Positions 50,492 through 63,974 of a DNA stretch of 64,000 nt are shown piece after piece (the first letter of the stretch is position 1; every line of letters begins with the position of its first letter). The notes beneath the pieces are model-generated. The model saw only the letters and a list, made by a program, of their open reading frames with translations. It did not search any database and was not told the DNA's origin. The stretch spans positions 6,014,001 to 6,078,000 of the forward strand of contig CATNEN010000007.1 in the NCBI GenBank assembly GCA_950097015.1, written 5' to 3'. The translations under genes and the position numbers were made by a program. This DNA comes from Macrostomum hystrix (taxonomy: Eukaryota; Animalia; Platyhelminthes).

Positions 50492-51752
50492 TTACCTTGG
50501 CAACATTATCTTCTTGGTGGCACACTTCTACATCTGAGTGCCTTGTTCGTTGTTTTTTATTGATTGTTGGTTTTTTTCTTTAATTATAAAGAAGTTGTTA
50601 AACATTTATTATGAATTCAATTAGAATTAAATGCACAAAACTAGAGGATTACCAAGAGTACTAAGAAAGCACATACACAAATATAAATATAAATATATGT
50701 AGTGATAGGCATTAATACATTTTAAAAAGATAATTTTGGTTAACTATAGTGTAAAGTTAGTTTTGCATAAATCAATTAAAGTTAATCCAATAGTGTTACG
50801 CTAGCTATTTTTGTTATTTCTTTGAAATTAGATAATACTAACAAATATTCTTTTAGATATATAGATTCAATTGCTAAAAACATGGCTTTTTAACTTTCTT
50901 GGCAGTGTCATCATAAAATATTTGGTTATTAAAAAAATAAAGTCGTTCTTTTGTTTTTATTTACTATTCAGTACAATTAAAACTTAAATGGATTTTTATG
51001 TGTAAGTAAATTGAGTTGAAAATACTGCATAGTTGAATTCAATTAGACTCTGATTAAGTTATTTGATATTTTTTCTACTGTATGAGTTGTCTCTGCTTCA
51101 AAATCTGCTTCAGCTTTGGAATATGCTAGTACTGAAATTCAGCTTCTAAGCCTTCTAATCACTATTTATTGAATCAATCAACAAATATTGATACATGATA
51201 AAACTTATTATGATTAATAGCTCTCACAATGAAACAGCTAATTCAAGTTTAAATTGTCATAGACAGAAAAGAAAACTGTATTTATTGGCTGTAAAATATT
51301 ACTTAATAATACATTTTTACTTGGATAAAATTTACTACTGTAAAGTTATTACAAGGTAAACTGTGATTTATTATTCATATAGCCAAAATAGTTATTAACA
51401 AAATGGATTTTATTTTTGTATTTGCCTTGTCTCAGAAATAGAAATAGGTCTAAACATAATAAACTATAGCTAGTCAAGGAAGGTAGCAGGTGTACACTGG
51501 AATTGCTTTTGGACATTGCCTTGCCTGTACACTGAAATCGGTCCTAACTCTTGAATGTTGGTGCCTTAGTGCCTTGTGTATGCTCGAATATTCCAGCCTA
51601 CTTGCTAACTTATCGACCTTAAGAATATCAAAATAGATGAAAATGGTTCAATAAATTGTAAATACCATGGCATATGCCATTGTCTTTTGCTCTGCACTGA
51701 TAGATTATTGGCCAATTTCGCTAACCCACTCCAGCGCTGCACCCATCTCAAG

Positions 51753-54700
51753 ATGTTCCACCTAAAGAAGACGCAGCGCCTAGTTCTGATGATCATGATG
51801 ACGGTGACTTACTTCGTCGTGGAGCTGGTGGTTGGCCAGCTGTGCGACTCGATGACGCTCGTGGCCGACTCCTTCCACATGCTGTCGGATGTGCTGGCCC
51901 TCATGGTGGCCCTTGGCGCCGTCCGCATGGCCAAGAAGCCTCGAGACCGGCGCCACACCTACGGCTTCCAGCGGGCTGAAATCCTTGGCACTCTAGTCAA
52001 CACCGTCATGCTGGTGACGCTCTGTTTCACCATCCTGCTGGAGGCTGTGCACAAGCTCATCGAACCCAAGCCGGTCAAGAAGCCGATCCTCATTGTCTGC
52101 GTTGGCGCTGGCGGCCTCCTCATCAACCTGATTGGCATCATGCTGTTCTGCGGCCACAGCCATGGACACAGCCACGGAGGGTCAGCGGCGCAGGTGAGAC
52201 AATCTAGTCTAACTGATTCCATGAGATTTAATAGAGTGACAAATTCGTTTTACTCGAGAAACAGACGGACTGAATGAAGTTCATTAATGTACTTAAGAAT
52301 AAACGTTAGTTGTCATACAAGTCATGACTTCTACAATTTAATAGGAGACCAGGAATCATAAGTGTGTCCTCGGGCTCCAAATTCTGGGCTTACTAAATGT
52401 TAAGCGATAAACAATATCAAACAATATCTATTAAAATGGATATCTATTATCTATAAAATATCTATTAAAAACTTAAATGGATTATTTTTTAAACAGGTTA
52501 AACAGTTTAAAAACTTAAACAGTGCTTTCCCTTAGCTCTGACTATAAGGCATCTGCCAGATAGTTTAGTGATTGCTCACCATTTCCCAGATAGTTTAGTG
52601 ATTGCTCACCATTTCCCAGGTAGTTTAGTGATTGCTCACCATTTCCCAGGTAGTTTAGTGATTGCTCACCATTTCCCAGGTAGTTTAGTGATTGCTCACC
52701 ATTTCCCAGGTAGTTTAGTGATTGCTCACCATTTCCCAGGTAGTTTACTCATTGCTCACCATTTCCCAGGTAGTTTAGTGATTGCTCACCATTTCCCAGA
52801 TAGTTTAGTGATTGCTCACCATTTCCCAGGTAGTTTAGTGATTGCTCACCATTTCCCAGGTAGTTTAGTGATTGCTCACCATTTCCCAGGTAGTTTAGTG
52901 ATTGCTCACCATTTCCCAGGTAGTTTAGTGATTGCTCACCATTTCCCAGGTAGTTTAGTGATTGCTCACCATTTCCCAGGTAGTTTAGTGATTGCTCACC
53001 ATTTCCCAGGTAGTTTACTCATTGCTCACCATTTCCCAGGTAGTTTAGTGATTGCTCACCATTTCCCAGATAGTTTAGTGATTGCTCACCATTTCCCAGG
53101 TAGTTTAGTGATTGCTCACCATTTCCCAGGTAGTTTAGTGATTGCTCACCATTTCCCAGGTAGTTTACTCATTGCTCACCATTTCCCAGGAAGTTTAGTC
53201 ATTGCTCACCATTTCCCAGGCAGTTTAGTCATTGCTCACCATTTCCCAGGAAGTTTAGTCATTGCTCACCATTTCCCAGGAAGTTTAGTCATTGCTCATC
53301 ATTTCCCAGGCAGTTTAGTCATTGCTCACCATTTCCCAGGCAGTTTAGTCATTGCTCACCATTTCCCAGGTAGTTTAGTCATTGCTCACCATTTCCCAGG
53401 TTGTTTGGTCATTGCTCCCCTCTTCTTTGGTAGTTAAGTCATTAAATATTCGATCCAATGAGCGCCAAAGCTCAATCTATGACCTCCGCCCTGCAGGATG
53501 ACGTGGACAAGCTGCTGCAGTACAAGACAGTTGTTGTCATGTCCACCATGCCAGAAGACAATGGCGTGTCCGTTACTACGGATTTCAAAGGCGAAGCTTC
53601 AGCAGCTGCCGGAGCTTCAGTAGGCGCGCCACCCGACGGCGCTGCCTCTTCGGCTATGTCGGCAGCTGCGCCGGGGGCAACAAATTCTGGCGACGGCGTG
53701 GTCGCTGTGGAATCAGCCGACGGCCATGGGCAAGGCGGCGAGAATGCCGCGGGTAAGTCGCTGCCTCACGCTTTGTACATCAGGCTAACAATATCTCAAC
53801 CTGGCGTCCAAGTTCTGTTTATAACCAGCCAAGACTTCGACTCGCACTTTGCAAAACCGAGTCTCCTCACCTCTCTTATCTGCTGAGCTCATTGGCATTG
53901 TGAATTGTAAATATTTCAAAAAGAATTTCTTTCTGATCTTTTTCTTTTACTTTGAAAAGCTTCTCTGTGGGCGCTTTGGCCTTGGCGGACACTGTTATCG
54001 AATGTTAAAGGCTGGGCTGGCTGTTCGAGAGCTACCCGACCGCTGCGCTGTCCTGCAGATAACGCACGAGCCGGCGGAACAGCCCAAATTGAGCAAACTT
54101 ATCTAGCCCACATTCTCATCAGCTGGGAGTGCTTACTGGGACTGCTGTGTGCTTGCAATAGTTGCCAAATAATTCTAATATTTTAAAGCAGGTTTATTTC
54201 TTTAGCCTATCTTAGTCCCTGCAGCTCTTTTGCAACTTTGGTGGCTATCTGTCTCTCTTCTGCTGCTATTTTTGTGCTTGCTAAAAGTGAGAAAACTGTA
54301 CGACATTTTTATAGGCATGGAGTAATATGTAAAAATACTATCTGACTTGTTTTGTACGCTTGTCCAGGGTTAGTGTCAGAAATCTAGGGCAACTGTCTAG
54401 ATAACCCTTTATTACTCAGGGGAAGTCTGTCTGTCTGATTCGAGTCTTTGTCCCTTTGTTTTAAGTGTTCGTCTCTCTGTTCTGAGTGTGTTTCTGTCTG
54501 TTTTTTGTGTCCTTCTGTCTGTTTTTTGGAGTCTTTGTGTCTGTTTTTGGAGTCTTTGTGTCTGTTTTGGGTGTCTTTGTGTCAGTTAGTTTTTGGAGTC
54601 TTTGTGTCTGTTTTTGGAGTCTTTGTGTCTGTTTTGGGTGTCTTTGTGTCTGTTTTTGGAGTCTTTGTGTCTGTTTTTGGAGTCTTTGTGTCTGTTTTGG

Positions 54701-57700
54701 GTGTATTTGTGTCAGTTAGTTTTTGGAGTCTTTGTGTCTGTTTTTGGAGTCTTTGTGTCTGTTTTGGGTGTCTTTGTGTCTGTTTTTGGAGTCTTTGTGT
54801 CTGTTTTTGGAGTCTTTGTGTCTGTTTTGGGTGTATTTGTGTCAGTTAGTTTTTGGAGTCTTTGTGTCTGTTTTTGGAGTCTTTGTGTCTCTTTTGGGTG
54901 TCTTTGTGTCTGTTTTTGGAGTCTTTGTGTCTGTTGTGGGTGTCTTTGTGTCAGTTAGTTTTTGGAGTCTTTGTGTCTGTTGTGGGTGTCTTTGTGTCAG
55001 TTAGTTTTTGGAGTCTTTGTGTCTGTTTTTGGAGTCTTTGTGTCTGTTTTGGGTGTCTTTGTGTCTGTTTTTGGAGTCTTTGTGTCTGTTTTTGGAGTCT
55101 TTGTGTCTGTTTTTGGAGTCTTTGTGTCTGTTGTGGGTGTCTTTGTGTCAGTTAGTTTTGGGAGTCTTTCTGTCTGTTTTGGGTGTCAGTGAAATGCGTG
55201 AGTCAGTTTGGTCTGGTTGTTTGCAACTAGGTTTAAACCTACTATGAGATATTGTGTGGAATGCTGTCCCAATGTTCACAGTGCGCACTGAATTTGTATC
55301 AAATCTGGTTAAGTCTATCGTCAAGGGGCCGTGCATGTGTGCATGCGGTGGCTCATGTATCGATGCGTGCTCAGGTTAACTAGCTAGATTAAGCGGCACT
55401 CTAACGTCTATACCAACATTTCTAAGTATTCGATAAGTGAGCTGCGAGTTACTGGTGTGCTGAAAAGTGATGATTAATATTAGTTTAGTTTCTCACCTGC
55501 CAAAAAGTAAAGGTGTGGGCACTAAACGATTGTGTCCCGATTTCCGCAAGTAAACGCGGAAAGCGTGCTAATTAAACTCGTAGTGAGTGCAGCTAATATT
55601 TTCACCTAAGTTGACTGAACCTTTGTGTGCTTGAATCAAGCAAGGGGTGTATGCTACTGCAGGGCCCCAATCCCAACTCATTCAGATTTATATATTTTTT
55701 GTAGTTATTATAACAGTATAAAAGCGACTTGTCTGCGCCTGAGCCTTAGCCCGTTTGGCTCCCTCCATACCAGACTTCTGATTACATTTTTTAAATAGGA
55801 GATACTTTTTTAGCACTTAATTAGAAAGCGATCTATGAAGACTGTGGTCGAAAGAAACACGTCGTTGAAATCCGGTTACTTCACGACTTTGTACATCACG
55901 TTGTCGGAATCTGGTTACTTAACGACTTTAAAGTACATCAGGTCGTCGGAATCAGGTTACTTAACGACTTTAAAGTACATCAGGTCGTCGGAATCCGGTT
56001 ACTTAACGACTTTAAAGTACATCAGGTCGTCGGAATCAGGTTACTTAACGACTTTGAAGTACACCAGGTCGTCGGAATCTGGTTGCTTATCGACTTTAAA
56101 GTACATCAGGTCGTCGGAATCTGGTTACTTAACGACTTTAAAGTACATCAGGTCGTCGGAATCTGGTTACTTAACGACTTTGAAGTACATCACGTTGTCG
56201 GAATCTGGTTACTTAACGACTTTAAAGTACATCATGTCGTCGGAATCTGGTTACTTAACGACTTTAAAGTACACCAGGTCGTCGGAATCTGGTTGCTTAT
56301 CGACTTTGGAGTACATCACGTCGTCGGAGTCTGGTTACTTAACGACTTTAAAGTACATCAGGTCGTCGGAATCTGGTTACTTAACGACTTTGAAGTACAT
56401 CACGTTGTCGGAATCTGGTTACTTAACGACTTTAAAGTACATCAGGTCGTCGGAATCTGGTTACTTAACGACTTTGAAGTACATCAGGTCGTCGGAATCA
56501 GGTTACTTAACGACTTTGAAGTACATCAGGTCGTCGGAATCAGGTTACTTAACGACTTTGAAGTACATTACGTTGTCGGAATCCGGTTACTTAACGACTT
56601 TAAAGTACATCAGGTCGTCGGAATCTGGTTGCTTAACGACTTTGAAGTACATCACGTTGTCGGAATCCGGTTACTTAACGACTTTAAAATACTCGATCTG
56701 ACATGCTTCATTGAAGTCCGAATCGTCTACTTGATGTTAAACTTGCATAGAGTTTGTTCACTGCAGATCGGGTTCGGGCTTGTTCAATGTAGCATGGCAA
56801 CAAATAGTAGCGTTAAAAATCTGTGTTAATGCAAGCCGAACTACTCGGTGATGCATCTATATCCACATCACTCGACTGAATCAGGGTGATGCCATAATTA
56901 GCTATTTCCTGCTGACAGTCTGGCTGGCCGGCGCAATAACTGTTTATACTAAAAATCCATTCGGCTGATAATAGCTCGCATTTTGTAATGATCGGGAGAG
57001 AGATTTGGGGCAGTCGAGTTGTAGAATTAGAATGAATGCTTTCACAGATCTGCGAGCCAGCGTCTGCTTGTGCGCCCTCTACCCCGCAGCCTGCACAAGC
57101 TGCCCTTGGAATTGTTATTGAAAGCGCTCTTCAAGTGTTCTCTTCGTTCGGATGTCCGCCTACTTGTGCGCATTAATTATTAATTGCGCTGTTCTTTGCG
57201 TTCCCAGTTATGTGAATACGAGCTACTGCTGTGGAACTTTTTCTAGGTCCGTGTGTTTTGGGACATCTTTATTAAAGTCACTATTGACTCGGAAGAGAGT
57301 ACAAGCTGCACTGATGACTGATTTATTATTCATTTTTACAATCCTTAAAAATTGTTCAGTTGTGATCGAAGTCAGTTGAAAACGAATACAGTAATAATAA
57401 TAAGTACTTAATCAGTAATAAGTAATAATAATAATAATAAGTTCTTTGCCGAAGTACTTTACGTGGTCGAAAAACCGGTCAATCCACGACCTGGAAGTCA
57501 TATTTGCTGACACACTGAAGGACGGAGGATGTTTGCTGATACACTGAAGGACGGAGGATGTTTGCTGATACACTGAAGGACGGAAGATGTTTGCTGACAC
57601 ACTGAAGAACGGAGGGTATTTGCTGAGACACTGAAGAACGGAGGGTATTTGCTGAGACACTGAAGAACGGAGGGTATTTGCTGATACACTGAAGAACGGA

Positions 57701-60700
57701 GGGTATTTGCTGATACACTGAAGAACGGAGTGTATTTGCTGAGACACTGAAGAATGGAGGGTAATTGCTGACACACTGAAGAACGGAGGGTATTTGCTGA
57801 GACACTGAAGAATGGAGGGTAATTGCTGACACACTGAAGAACGGAGTGTATTTGCTGAGACACTGAAGAATGGAGGGTATTTGCTGAGACACTGAAGAAC
57901 GGAGGGTAATTGCTGACACACTGAAGAACGGAGGGTATTTGCTGAGACACTGAAGAATGGAGGGTATTTGCTGAGACACTGAAGAACGGAGGGTAATTGC
58001 TGATACACTGAAGAACGGAGTGTATTTGCTGAGACACTTAAGAATGGAGGGTAATTGCTTACACACTGAAGAACGGAGGGTATTTGCTGAGACACTGAAG
58101 AACGGAGGGTAACTGCTGACACACTGAAGAACGGAGGGTATTTGCTGACACACTGAAGGACGGAGGGTATTTGCTGAGAAGATCCTTCGTTTAGGATTTA
58201 GTAGTGCATTCTAGTCCGGAAAATGAATTCTGAAAACTTGTTTATTGCTTACAACGATGGTGTGTGCTATAATGAATAATATTTTTTAAGCCGCGCACAG
58301 TCTTCCTTAAAAGATTGTTGTTGTTGTCGCTTATCTGTGCTACCCTATCTAGAAGAATTTTGATGTCATATTTACATAAAAATTACTTATAACGCCAAGC
58401 GAGAATTTATATTTTACTTTTTGCGACAAATTTTGTGTTACACACTACTGCCATGAGTAGGACGCGACAAATTTTGTGAATAAACAGTTAAGAAACGCTT
58501 GGAAAACGTTGCGATCCATGTTGCAGGCGTGCCGCTGCTATCAGATTGCGGCAGTGAGCACCGACACCATCACCACAGCCACGGTCACCAGCACAGGCGG
58601 CCCTCTCTGGGACCCTCCTGGCTGCCCAGTGCGGCAAATGCGGCCCCCGACATTGCCGCTCCCGCCTCTGCCTCGCCAGCTGCCGCTATCTCTGGTAATG
58701 GCACAGCTGGCGGCGGCAGAGGCGGACACGGCCACTCCCACGGCGGGGATGCCAAAAGTAAGGCTGTGTCTGACAACAGCGGTGTGAACGGCCAGTAGTT
58801 TAGCAATTTTATTATCCCGGTAGCGGTGTAGCCGAGAAAAAAAAGAACATGGCTATTTGAAGTTCTTCAGCTTAAATGTCTTTCCTGGTACAATGGGTAC
58901 TCCACAGTCCCTCCTGGCACTCCAGTTTCTCTTCTGGCACTCCACAGTTTTTTGGCACTCCAGTTTCTCTCCTGGCACTCCACAGTCTCCTGGCACTGCA
59001 CTTCGTGCCATCGCTCCTCGCAAACAACTCCGTGGAAGTATGCTGTACTTAGCATCCAGTAGGCAGCTGAAGGCATTAGTAATGCTAGACAGTAAAATAT
59101 GTTCACTGTATTCCCACGTAGATTACCCGCCATTTTAATCTTTTTGTATACTATTATATTTTTGTATATGTGAAAGCTTTTAGCAGAGCAAGCGTTCCGT
59201 CTGCAGTGATTTTTATGTGATTTTAATAGGATTACGGATTTACGAGCGTATACTACGTTTTTAATTTTTGATTGGCAGTTGATTTTATCGCATAGTATTC
59301 AGTAGAACGCTTTCAGTAGCGAATAGCGAGTTTTATGCACATTTCTGAACAGTTCCTATAATATTTAAACATTTTAATCATAAAAAATGGCAGTATTTAA
59401 TGCGTGCGATAAAGAATTGCATTTCGAGTTTTAATCTGTGCGTCTATTTTTAAAGCATAACCTTACACACGTGACAATTTCACACATTTTTCAAATTCAC
59501 TATGAAATAGGTCTGAAATAGGTAGCAACAATTAGCTGTGCCATAAACCCAAAACATGCAGTTATTCGTGTCTAAGGTCACCGCCATTCACCATCGGAAC
59601 TGGGGGTTATATCATAAGAGGGGAACAAGCCTAAGAGATCATAAAGTGTGACCCTAAGATCCCAAAGGTGTTACAACCCTAAGATCCCAAAGGCGTGACA
59701 ACCCTAAGATCCCAAAGGTGTGACAACCCTAAGATCCCAAAGGTGTGACAACCCTCAGATCCCAAAGGTGTGAGAACCCTAAGATCCCAAAGGTGTGACA
59801 ACCCTCAGATCCCAAAGGTGTGACAACCCTCAGATCCCAAAGGTGTGACAACCCTCAGATCCCAAAGGTGTGACAACCCTCAGATCCCAAAGGTGTGACA
59901 ACCCTCAGATCCCAAAGGTGTGACAATCCCAGAAAGTGAATGTTTGCCGACCTCTAGAACCTTGGTTATCGATTGCGCTTAATCAGTTGACCTGCCTGTT
60001 CCCCTCGACACAGAAAGTGCAGGAGGCGGCGGCGGCGGCGGCGGCGGGCAGATGAACATGCACGCCGCATTCCTGCACATCATCGGTGACACCCTTGGCT
60101 CTGTGGTGGTGATCATCTCCGCACTGACCCTGTGGCTAACCGGCTACTCGGAGACGCATAAGGAGCCAATCGCACTGCTGACATCCAACGGCACCTGCGA
60201 GATTCACGAGGCGCCGAAAGTCTGGCTGACCTACATTGATCCAGCACTCAGCATTCTGCTGGTGGCAATCATGCTCACCTCTACTGTACCTCTGCGTGAG
60301 TCCACTGTGCTCTGCTGATGCTAGCGCCTGTTTCTTGGAATTCCTTGTCTTTAATTTAATTTGTCTTAAAAAGTGACAAAATTTTTCATTATACTACTGC
60401 CAGTCCTCTAAATCGCGCCATGACCGCATCCACCCGCGCATTGCAGTCCTCCGCGCTCTGAGCATTCTAATGCAAACCGTGCCGCAGGAGATCTGCCTGG
60501 ACGAGCTGCGAGACAAACTAGAAAAGGTTCGGCCTAAATGCCGAGAAATATTTTCTTTAACATTTTCCAAACTTACTGACGTGCACTATAATATATTCTT
60601 TGCGCAACCATTCTGGTTGCAGATTGACGGCATCATCAGGATCCACGACCTGCACGTGTGGCAACTGCAGTCCGACTGCTACATTGGCACTGTGCACATC

Positions 60701-63700
60701 CGCTGCCGCGATCTGCGTAAGTGTCCACTCACTGCCCAGTGCCCTTACATAGCCTGGTTTCCTGTGCTCAAAGAGCAATTTCAAAATGAGTACTCTTTCC
60801 CAGATGCCAAGGCTGGTCCTCAGTCCCAGATGCCAAGGCTGGTCCTCTGTCCCAGATGCCAAGGCTGGTCCTCTGTCCCAGATGCCAAGGCTGGTCCTCT
60901 GTCCCAGATGCCAAGGCTGGTCCTCTGTCCCAGATGCCAAGGCTGGTCCTCTGTCCCAGATGCCAAGGCTGGTCCTCTGTCCCACATGCCAAGGCTGGTC
61001 CTCTGTCCCAGATGCCAAGGCTGGTCCTCTGTCCCAGATGCCAAGGCTGGTCCTCTGTCCCACATGCCAAGGCTGGTCCTCTGTCCCAGATGCCAAGGCT
61101 GGTCCTCTGTCCCAGATGCCAAGGCTGGTCCTCTGTCCCACATGCCAAGGCTGGTCCTCTGTCCCAGATGCCAAGATTGTGTTGCGGCGCAAGCTTGCTA
61201 GTTTCCTGCTAGTTTCCCAGCTAATTAATTAGACGCGCTGTGCTACTGGCCATGTTTAGCTGCTTCAGCAGATCAGGCAAGGCGGTCAGTTTAAAAAAAT
61301 TGTCTAACAAAAGTTTTTATTAGCTGAACCCAAGATTTGTAATGCAGATTAATGCAGCATAATTTTGCATTAAATGCTAGAGACTGTGTTTAATTTTTGA
61401 TTATTACCATTTACTAATTTTACTAACCGCACTCCTATTCCCTTTAAAATAAACACTTCTGTTTCTTGCATTTCAGGCATGTGTAAGCGAGATTACTGAA
61501 TAAATTCAATCCCTTCTGTTCAAATCGCTTCTCCCCAGCTGATTAAATTAGTAACTGCCTGCCTGATTTGCCGCTAATCAAATATTAAGCAATAAAAACA
61601 GAAACTAATTAACGACGGGGCTAGAAATTAGGTAGGCCACACACACCGTCAGCATCTGCTCGAATCAGTTTATTTTATTATTTAGCCTGTAGCGTGAAAT
61701 TTCATATTAAACATTTACTCGTATTTTATATTTCAGAGGATTTGATAAATTCTAGTTTTTTAGTGCTACCATTGTACGCTCGTATTGACCTAATAACAAT
61801 GGAGTCTTCTCAGTAGCAGGCAGGCTACGGCACTTGAAACTCAAGCGAAGCCCTTCTAATTAGGCCGAGAATATCGAATATTGACCAAGAGTTAAGAAAA
61901 TGGGCTTAAGGAGTGAGGGGTAGAGGTTAAGAGGGGGCAGGAAAGAGAGACGAACAGCTAGCCAATCAGAGACGAAGGAGGGGAGAGAGAAGTGAAGCTT
62001 AGCTAATACTAATAAGCTAAACAGATAGACAGGTAGGGGAGAAAGTACAATAAGAATGCGCGAGCGTAAACAAACACGGAGGAAGGAGAAGTAATACGAA
62101 TAATAATAATAATAATAATTGCAGGAGGGCTGCGGGCAATGACACATCATTTAGTGACACTAGACCCTCAGCCAGCGAGGAGGCAATTCTGCCCATTTCG
62201 CTGACTCCTGAGCACACACGCACTCAGATACTGTACGCAGGCATACACTCACACAGGTGTGTACATCTGCCCTGACTTTCTCATCGTCAGGCGGTGTACA
62301 CTTCACTGTGCCTTGGAGGTTGGCCCTCAAGGGCGTAAATTGCACGACAAGCCCCCAAGCCTTCTCTCTGCGGCTGCGCCCCAAATAAATGTGGCCTCGC
62401 CGTGGAATCGAACTTAGGGACCGTGGATGATTATTCAGTGGATAGTTAGTGGATGATCATTACATTGCATTGCAGTCAGTCTCGTGGCTCATGGACTCGT
62501 GGCTTGTCCACCAACCTACGCCCTTGAGGGTCAACCCACAAGCCACAATGGGATCGTTATATACACTGCCTGACGATGAGAAAGTCCGTGCAGATGTACA
62601 CACCTGTGTGAGCGTGTGTCTACGTACAGTATCTGTGTGCGTGTGTGCTCAGGAGTCAGCGACATGGGCAGAATTGCCTCCTCGCTGGCTGCGGGTCTAC
62701 TGTCGCCAATTTATGCGACTTGTACTCATAGTAGTCGGATCATTGCTTTTAGATACAAAGTTTTTCGGGTCCATTTATTTTACATTGTGAGTTTTTTTCC
62801 TGGCATTGCCTTCCTGTCCTCACCCTGTGTTTCATTGGCCATGTCGGGTAATATATTCATATGATTCCTTAGACAAGCTACATGCCCATCAAGCACTGAG
62901 CATGTCAGGCCTGACAAGGTCATTCTATTTAATATTCAACCGCAATGAGCATTGATTGGCATGCCTTTCAAAATCTTGCGCCATCGGAGCCTGTTGAGTT
63001 CTAGCTCGTACTTGAAATGAAAGCTCTCGAGTCCTCGGTGGCCGAACCCGATTATTGCACGCGTTCGCATTCTCTCACCTGTCACTTTGGTTGATTAGTT
63101 CAGCTAGACTGATGGGCCTAGATCTAATTGATTTGTTTACATTTGTGTTTTCACTCTGGCACAATTTCTACAGCCGATTACATCAGCGTCTCGAAGGAGG
63201 CTAAGAAGATCTTTCACGATTTCAACATTCACTGCACCACCATTCAGCCCGAGTTCTCCGAGGTGAGTACCATCGATGGTAACCTGTCTCTATGGCAACG
63301 TATCTGTCCATCCTCAAGGCAGCGCATCTGATACCTTACTTATCCCCATAGCAACGCATCTATAACATTTATGTCCATGGTATTTCATGTCTTACCTTGT
63401 TCATCCCCATGGCAACGCATCTGCTACCTTGTTCATCCACATGGCAACGCATCTGCTACCTTGTTCATCCACATGGCAACGCATCTGCTACCTCCTTTTA
63501 TCCCCATGGCAACGCATCTGCTACATTGTTCATCCACATGGCAACGCATCTGCTACCTTGTTCATCCCCATGGCAACGCATCTGCTACCTTGTTCATCCA
63601 CATGGCAACGCATCTGCTACCTTGTTCATCCCCATAGCAACGCATCTGCTACATTGTTCATCCCCATAGCAACGCATCTGCTACATTGTTCATCCCCATA

Positions 63701-63974
63701 GCAACGCATCTGCTACATTGTTCATCCACATGGCAACGCATCTGCTACATTGTTCATCCCCATAGCAACCCTTGCTTTATTTCTCTAGCACGCCGACTGC
63801 CATGACCACGCGGTATCGGACTCGCAATGCATGATCGACTGCGGCAACCAGTGTGAGGCCCGCACCAACTGCTGCGCTAACGCTGCGGCTTCGGCCAACT
63901 CAGCTACTGCGAATTCCGAATCAGGCAGCGAGGACGGCAATCAGCAACATCAGCAGCCACAGCTGAGCGTCTGA
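51753..63974 (+). CDS. SLC30A1: Cation diffusion facilitator zinc exporter, ZnT1/SLC30A1-like
   Basis: Exons 51753-52193, 53497-53752, 58527-58757, 60014-60295, 60447-60526, 60623-60716, 63174-63262, 63789-63974 (all phases compatible). Motifs LVADSFHMLSD (TM2), TYGFQRAEILG, HSHGHSHG loop, NMHAAFLHIIGD (TM5), IHDLHVWQL, IHCTTIQPEF and a C-terminal C..C..CC cluster. Confidence 0.93.
52555..53420. repeat. 30-bp minisatellite (tagtttagtgattgctcaccatttcccagg) x~29
   Basis: Tandem, intronic. Confidence 0.97.
54515..55190. repeat. ~21-bp GT-rich minisatellite with ~130-bp higher-order period
   Basis: tttttggagtctttgtgtctg units, with the gtcagttagt variant recurring at 54582, 54711 and 54841. Confidence 0.92.
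55862..56690. repeat. 42-bp minisatellite x~20
   Basis: ggttacttaacgactttaaagtacatcaggtcgtcggaatct. Confidence 0.96.
57500..58180. repeat. 29-bp minisatellite (acactgaagaacggagggtatttgctgag)
   Basis: About 23 copies. Confidence 0.96.
59645..59930. repeat. 25-bp minisatellite (accctcagatcccaaaggtgtgaca)
   Basis: About 11 copies. Confidence 0.95.
60797..61175. repeat. 26-bp minisatellite (tcccagatgccaaggctggtcctctg)
   Basis: About 14 copies, intronic. Confidence 0.96.
62099..62426 (-). mobile_element. SINE family A copy (head partly lost)
   Basis: (taa)n tail plus the family body. Confidence 0.9.
62517..62707 (+). mobile_element. SINE family A partial copy, inverted relative to its neighbour
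   Basis: acgcccttgagggtcaacc...ctcgctggctgcgggtcta is the reverse complement of 62155-62337. Confidence 0.88.
63275..63770. repeat. 32-bp minisatellite (catggcaacgcatctgctaccttgttcatcca)
   Basis: Fills almost the entire last ZnT intron. Confidence 0.95.

Noticed and set aside
52568-53437. 289-aa (IAHHFPGSLV)n His-repeat ORF inside a zinc transporter gene
   Set aside because: Tempting as a metal-binding exon, but it is a 30-bp tandem array with no ATG and a terminal stop; ZnT exons 1 and 2 join in frame without it.
55835-56829. 288/248-aa repeat ORFs
   Set aside because: 42-bp minisatellite (unit divisible by 3) within an intron.
63400-63770. RFX X-box array (ccatggcaac)
   Set aside because: Only half-sites within a minisatellite; no full palindromic X-box.
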